IMG/VR virus record: IMGVR_UViG_3300043821_000003
Length of the DNA: 47,327 nucleotides
Direction: 5' to 3' (one strand)
Origin: a virus
The notes beneath the pieces are model-generated. The model was not told the origin of the DNA, ran no database searches, and was given only the letters and a program-made list of their open reading frames with translations. Shown piece after piece: positions 43,339 to 47,327 of the stretch; positions within the stretch are counted from its first letter, which is position 1; the number at the start of each line of letters is the position of its first letter. The translations under genes and the position numbers were made by a program.

Positions 43339-43470
43339 TTAGTCCTCCTGTTTCCACTCTTCTTTAGTCGGTGCTTCCTTATCTTCTCTGCCTGCACCAA
43401 TAACTGCTACACAGATCAGGAAAATCTGACCTGCAATAAAACCTCCGATAAATCCAAGTAATGCTCCCAT
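43339..43470 (-). CDS. 43-aa single-pass membrane peptide
   Basis: MGALLGFIGGFIAGQIFLICVAVIGAGREDKEAPTKEEWKQED. RBS is AAGGAG. Below the ORF-track cutoff. Confidence 0.5.
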   Translation of the reverse strand: MGALLGFIGGFIAGQIFLICVAVIGAGREDKEAPTKEEWKQED

Positions 43471-43482
43471 AGTAATTTCTCC

Positions 43483-43866
43483 TTAATCGTTGTGAGTAAC
43501 TTTGACACCGTATTCAGGAAGGAAGTTGATTTCATAATGGTACTTGTCAACATTTGCACCGGAAATATCTTCCACTACATACATCGTGTCATCGTTCAGA
43601 TATACAAAATGTTTCTGATACTTGCCATCTCCAACCTCACAGATAACTTCCAGTTCGTTATCTGAATTGTTGCTGAGAGAAAATGTACCTTCCATTTCAA
43701 GTAAGATCGTATCGGTTCTGGCATTGATTACGGTCAGTTTACGGGTTACATTGAAGTTGTCAGCTTCCTTACCGATGTTATACGAAACCTGCTCAGATTC
43801 CGTACATCCGGTCATAAGCACTGCCACCATAAGTGTAGCAATCACTACAGCAACTACTTTCTTCAT
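43483..43866 (-). CDS. Lipoprotein (127 aa)
   Basis: Signal peptide MKKVVAVVIATLMVAVLMTG|C with a lipobox-like LMTGC. RBS is AAGGAGG. Confidence 0.7.
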   Translation of the reverse strand: MKKVVAVVIATLMVAVLMTGCTESEQVSYNIGKEADNFNVTRKLTVINARTDTILLEMEGTFSLSNNSDNELEVICEVGDGKYQKHFVYLNDDTMYVVEDISGANVDKYHYEINFLPEYGVKVTHND

Positions 43867-43878
43867 AGTGCTTCCTCC

Positions 43879-44418
43879 TTAAATACCTTTGATTCTGGCA
43901 GCCATCATGTCTGCCGTGTGAGTCCACAGGACGTTAGGAAATTTCTCAATAGCCTTTCCGTATTTGTCCCAGTTTTCCTTGTCATCAAACGCTCCCATGT
44001 GCCATCTGATACACGCTTTCTCTTCCTCAGTCACACCAATGTCGTTCGCTTTCAGAAGTACCAATGACTTCTCAGCATGACCGGGAATAGTGACATTCGG
44101 ATTGTAGCTGTACGTTCCATCTCCGTTGTGAATGTAGTTGTCACACTTGCAGAGATCATGGAACATCCCGACAAAATAAGGACTCTTCCTGCTGTTCCAG
44201 TGAAGTTTCAGGTGTTTGGTAAGATGCAGCAGACTCTTAGTCACTTCAAGGGAATGATCGAACAAACCACCTTCATAATTGCCGTGATACTTCGTGGAAG
44301 CAGGGGCAGTGAAATAACCCATCCGTCTGAGAATAGCTACAAGGTAGTCCACCTCTTCCTTGCTGAACGCCTGACCCATCAGGGACTTGAAAATCTTAAT
44401 TCTTTCGTTTGTGTTCAT
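43879..44418 (-). CDS. HD-domain phosphohydrolase
   Basis: H...HD motif (KYHGNYEGGLFDHSLEV ... GMFHDLCK). GGAGGA precedes the ATG at 44418. Confidence 0.75.
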   Translation of the reverse strand: MNTNERIKIFKSLMGQAFSKEEVDYLVAILRRMGYFTAPASTKYHGNYEGGLFDHSLEVTKSLLHLTKHLKLHWNSRKSPYFVGMFHDLCKCDNYIHNGDGTYSYNPNVTIPGHAEKSLVLLKANDIGVTEEEKACIRWHMGAFDDKENWDKYGKAIEKFPNVLWTHTADMMAARIKGI

Positions 44419-44506
44419 CTTCAATCCTCCATTTTGAGAATATTTTGATATAACCATTGGAGAGTTTGAGACAACATCTCTCCCTCTCCGCAGGTCACTT
44501 ACTTAC

Positions 44507-45001
44507 TTAACCAAGCAGACTGCCAAGGTCAAATGCCGCAGGTTTCTTAGTTTCCTGCTTTGCAGGTTCAGCCTGTGCAAGTTTACTCTGCTTCGGTGCA
44601 GCCGGGGCAGTTTCCTCTTCGTCAAATCCGTCAGCAGCTTCCTTGTCACCCAGTCTCACGAATTTGAGCATCTTGCCCGGTGTCTTGTTGCTTTCGACTT
44701 CCTCATGCTCGACTTCACAGCGGATGAAGTGTCCAACCAACTCCTGATCGTCAATGTCCTTCACAGTGAAGTCATCCAGTGCGGTTTTCGCAAAATAGCT
44801 GAACGCATTAAGTCCACCCTGATTCGGTTCACCATCTTTGTTCAGGAGAGAAAATCTCTCGATATGCTTCTGACCCTTTGCGGTCTGCATAACCACTTCC
44901 ATCTTACCGAAGTCCTCTTTGTAGTTGACCTCAGTGATCTTGAAAACATGAGTTCCTTCCGGGATCAGTGTAAATCCCTCTGTAAGTCCAATTTTTGCCA
45001 T
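44507..45001 (-). CDS. DUF669-like putative ssDNA-binding protein
   Basis: 164 aa with an N-terminal OB-like region and a low-complexity acidic/Pro-Ala tail. It lies in the recombination module. Confidence 0.45.
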   Translation of the reverse strand: MAKIGLTEGFTLIPEGTHVFKITEVNYKEDFGKMEVVMQTAKGQKHIERFSLLNKDGEPNQGGLNAFSYFAKTALDDFTVKDIDDQELVGHFIRCEVEHEEVESNKTPGKMLKFVRLGDKEAADGFDEEETAPAAPKQSKLAQAEPAKQETKKPAAFDLGSLLG

Positions 45002-45038
45002 TTTAATAGTCCTCCTTAAATGTAATATCTATATCAAA

Positions 45039-45488
45039 TTAGTATTTGATATCCATGTTGCCATGTTGGTTGATCCAGTCTATAACATCCTTATATCCCA
45101 ACCCGCCCTCTTCTATGGGCTTCATGATATATGCGTACTGTTTCGGGTGAGTTTTCTTCATCTGTTCAAATCGGGTAGGTGATTTTTCAAGATGACAACC
45201 ATATCCACAGAACATACATCCTGTCCTACTGCATCCTGTAGTTTGGAGAAGTGGTCTGTCTTTATCGAAAATCTCACTATCTTCTGTAAACTCATAATCA
45301 CTGTCCGAAGGATCGGTCACAATATCTCCATAAACGGAACATATCTGCAAATCATGTAGTTTTATATAAAGAAGTACATCCTGCTCTGTCCAAAAACTCA
45401 TAGGGTTGGAAATAGGTCTTTTCTTGTTGAACCCATTACATCCGTTTTCAAGCCATTGTCTTGTGCGGACTGCACTTTCAGAAGCCAT
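45039..45488 (-). CDS. PAPS-reductase-like protein, C-terminal segment (Fe-S Cys cluster)
   Basis: It begins in mid-domain (MASESAVRTRQW matches the G..A.ES..R motif) and carries GCSRTGCMFCGYGC. Its frame is open upstream through the A9 run. Confidence 0.7.
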   Translation of the reverse strand: MASESAVRTRQWLENGCNGFNKKRPISNPMSFWTEQDVLLYIKLHDLQICSVYGDIVTDPSDSDYEFTEDSEIFDKDRPLLQTTGCSRTGCMFCGYGCHLEKSPTRFEQMKKTHPKQYAYIMKPIEEGGLGYKDVIDWINQHGNMDIKY

Positions 45489-45496
45489 CTGTGCAG

Positions 45497-46060
45497 TTAT
45501 TCCAACTCTATGTGAATCCCTTTCATATTTTTTTTTACGGGATTTTTCTTCATGACATTACAGCAATTCGCTCCTACTTTGAAAGGTGCTTCAAAGAAAA
45601 ATTTCCATTTACTGTAGTCATATCTATGTCCATATCTCTGTACCTTTTCACTGTCAGGACTGAAACATTGTGTTGCAGCATATCCGTCAGGTTTATTTCT
45701 GGCTTCATATATTTTTCCTGAAACCTCTTTGGATATAAACGGATAACCAAACTCCGTAATAACCTGCTTGAAGTTTTTCTTCGGTTTGAGCCATACCACA
45801 TTACCGAAAGTTTTGACAAACTCTCTAATTTCAGGGTATTCCAGACCTGTATCTACAAACACCGCCGTCACATTCGGGTACATCTGACGTACCAAGTCCA
45901 ACAGAACTGTACTGTCTTTTCCACCGGAAAAGCTGACATATACGCCATCCTCTCCGTAATACTCAACCCACTGACGTATTCTGTATTTAGTCATCTGAAT
46001 TTTAGCTTTCAGAGGAAGTGACTGCATTTGCCATAAATCACTGATAACGTGTTTTCCCAT
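45497..46060 (-). CDS. PAPS-reductase/PP-loop ATP-pyrophosphatase family protein, N-terminal segment
   Basis: PP-loop motif VSFSGGKDS. The ORF ends 7 codons after an A9 run, in mid-domain (…CCNVMKKNPVKK). Confidence 0.75.
   Translation of the reverse strand: MGKHVISDLWQMQSLPLKAKIQMTKYRIRQWVEYYGEDGVYVSFSGGKDSTVLLDLVRQMYPNVTAVFVDTGLEYPEIREFVKTFGNVVWLKPKKNFKQVITEFGYPFISKEVSGKIYEARNKPDGYAATQCFSPDSEKVQRYGHRYDYSKWKFFFEAPFKVGANCCNVMKKNPVKKNMKGIHIELE
45528..45536 (-). promoter_or_regulatory. A9 homopolymer (T9 on the plus strand): the junction between the two PAPS-reductase-like frames; candidate slippage site or indel error
   Basis: A -1 shift on A AAA AAA joins ...PVKKK to YERDSHRVGITAQMASES... 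Confidence 0.6.
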
Positions 46061-46061
46061 A

Positions 46062-47111
46062 TCAATCCTTCCTCTTCTTCGGAGTGAAACGGTACTCAGG
46101 CTTTTCAGTCTCAGTCATGTACTTATCAAGCACACCGTCCTTCTCCATTGCTTCTGTATCAAAATCCTGTTTCTTCTTCATGCTGACGGTAGTGACAAAA
46201 TCATAGCTGCCACCTGTGATCGTAACAGTCTTATCACCCGGCTTGAACTGGCTCATACTTGCTTCTTTAATCAGTTCTTTCAGCTTTTCCAGACGCTTTT
46301 CATCGTCAGCTACAGTTGCATTGACCTCTTCGATGTGAAGCATAAGCCCTTCGGCTTCCTTCACCATTGCGTCCAGATCGGAGTCAGGGGAGAGGTTGTT
46401 ATCTCTCAGCACTTTCAGAATGTCAGCGTCAGCCTTTTCATCATACTTCGGAGATACACCGCCCTCTACATGAGTTTTCCACCATTTTTTAACCTGCGTG
46501 ATCGTTTTCTTCATGTTCGGATATCTCTCAGACACCTTAAACGGACGAACGAAAGTATTCTCAGCCTTACACTCATAAGCTGCCGGGTCATCGTAGTCCT
46601 TCTCACCCAGAACCGAACACACCATGATTACGTCATCAACTCCAAGCAGGTAAGCGTAAAGTGCAGCCTGTAAAGCATAATACTCAGGTACATCTTCCAC
46701 CCAGTCCTCAGACCTCTTCGTGGTTTTCATTTCCAGTACCGTTTGCGGTTTACCTTCCTTGTCCACGAGCAGATAATCCCACATACCACCGAAGATCGGT
46801 GTATCACGGAAGAAATCTCCCCACGTTTTCTTGAAGTAGTCCTCACCGTACACATCCGTAGGTGTAATCAGATTGCTCATGAAGTATGCAGTTTTCATGT
46901 ACTCTGCCTGCTTCGGCTCAATCGTCTTACCTGCGATAGTGTAGATCGTGTCCTCAAACGGTTCTTCGTAGGTTCTGGTGATTGCACACCACGCATTGAA
47001 CGGGCTTGTCCACTTATTCAGACCCATGATTGCTGCAAATCGTGTACCTGTGATCTTCTTCGGTTTCGCAGGTGGTGTAATCGTGATGGTTTTATCGTCA
47101 TTCCACTTCAT
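46062..47111 (-). CDS. YqaJ/lambda-exonuclease-like recombination exonuclease (PD-(D/E)XK)
   Basis: 349 aa from MKWNDDKT with RBS AAGGAGG. Motifs GTRFAAIMG, LEMKTTK, EYYALQAALYAYLL. Partner of the ERF protein. Confidence 0.75.
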   Translation of the reverse strand: MKWNDDKTITITPPAKPKKITGTRFAAIMGLNKWTSPFNAWCAITRTYEEPFEDTIYTIAGKTIEPKQAEYMKTAYFMSNLITPTDVYGEDYFKKTWGDFFRDTPIFGGMWDYLLVDKEGKPQTVLEMKTTKRSEDWVEDVPEYYALQAALYAYLLGVDDVIMVCSVLGEKDYDDPAAYECKAENTFVRPFKVSERYPNMKKTITQVKKWWKTHVEGGVSPKYDEKADADILKVLRDNNLSPDSDLDAMVKEAEGLMLHIEEVNATVADDEKRLEKLKELIKEASMSQFKPGDKTVTITGGSYDFVTTVSMKKKQDFDTEAMEKDGVLDKYMTETEKPEYRFTPKKRKD

Positions 47112-47327
47112 AGAACTGTCCTCCTTCTTAAATGTACTGCTTCCACAGCTTTGCAAAAGTGCTTCTGCCATCCCCGCCCTTCTTATTCAGACGGGTATAT
47201 CCTGCACGTTTCATATTCGCTCTTGCGATCATTCTCTTAAATTTCCTCATTACTTCTGCCCTCCATGTAACGGGGTTCGCTTTCCCCGATTGTTCTACAG
47301 TCAATCAGTTCCTTAATTTGTCCATCC
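46636..47327. repeat. Wrap-around copy (same sequence as 1-692)
   Basis: See the 1-692 entry. This is consistent with a circular or circularly permuted assembly, or with a terminal redundancy. Confidence 0.95.

Larger units (their letters stand above)
1..46635. mobile_element. One complete genome unit of a temperate tailed phage (siphovirus-type tail module)
   Basis: Lysogeny, replication, packaging, head, tail, DGR and lysis modules are all present. The window end repeats the window start at offset 46,635, so the unit closes on itself. Confidence 0.85.

Overview
The window holds one complete genome (46,635 bp) of a temperate tailed phage, plus a 692-bp wrap-around: 1-692 repeats 46636-47327. 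Host signals point to a Gram-positive anaerobe (AGGAGG ribosome-binding sites (RBS), GH73+CHAP+CW_7 endolysin, XkdX, NrdDG). Almost all genes are on the minus strand. In transcription order they are: a cro-like switch gene; a replication and recombination module (SF2 helicase, Hjc/RecU-like resolvase, radical-SAM protein, family-B DNA polymerase, ERF plus YqaJ-type exonuclease, DUF669-like SSB, PrimPol, D5/P4-type primase-helicase); nucleotide-metabolism genes (NrdD/NrdG, MazG, HD, a divergent ThyX-like protein, a PAPS-reductase-like protein); terS, terL, an SPP1-type portal, head genes and a siphovirus-type tail; a diversity-generating retroelement (DGR); and XkdX, holin and endolysin. The plus strand carries a cI-like repressor with a large serine integrase, and a 3-gene cassette inside a ~3-kb accessory island lying between terS and terL. 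The most notable finding is that the DGR has one template repeat (TR) but two variable repeats (VR). VR1 is in the adjacent tail-fibre-type target. VR2 is 6.5 kb away, in a small lectin-like gene in the early operon next to the resolvase. Each VR is followed by its own 7-bp-stem, 4-nt-loop hairpin at matching spacing. Other points are the self-regulated terS/terL island (FtsK/HerA-like ATPase, an HTH plus membrane PH-like pair, a reiterated operator, GC-rich hairpins), several frame disruptions at repeats or homopolymers (tape measure, PAPS-reductase-like, major tail, one small gene), a canonical G/GT slippery site, and terminators that sit directly against late-gene start codons. All family calls come from motif recognition by eye. 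No database search, folding or statistics could be run.
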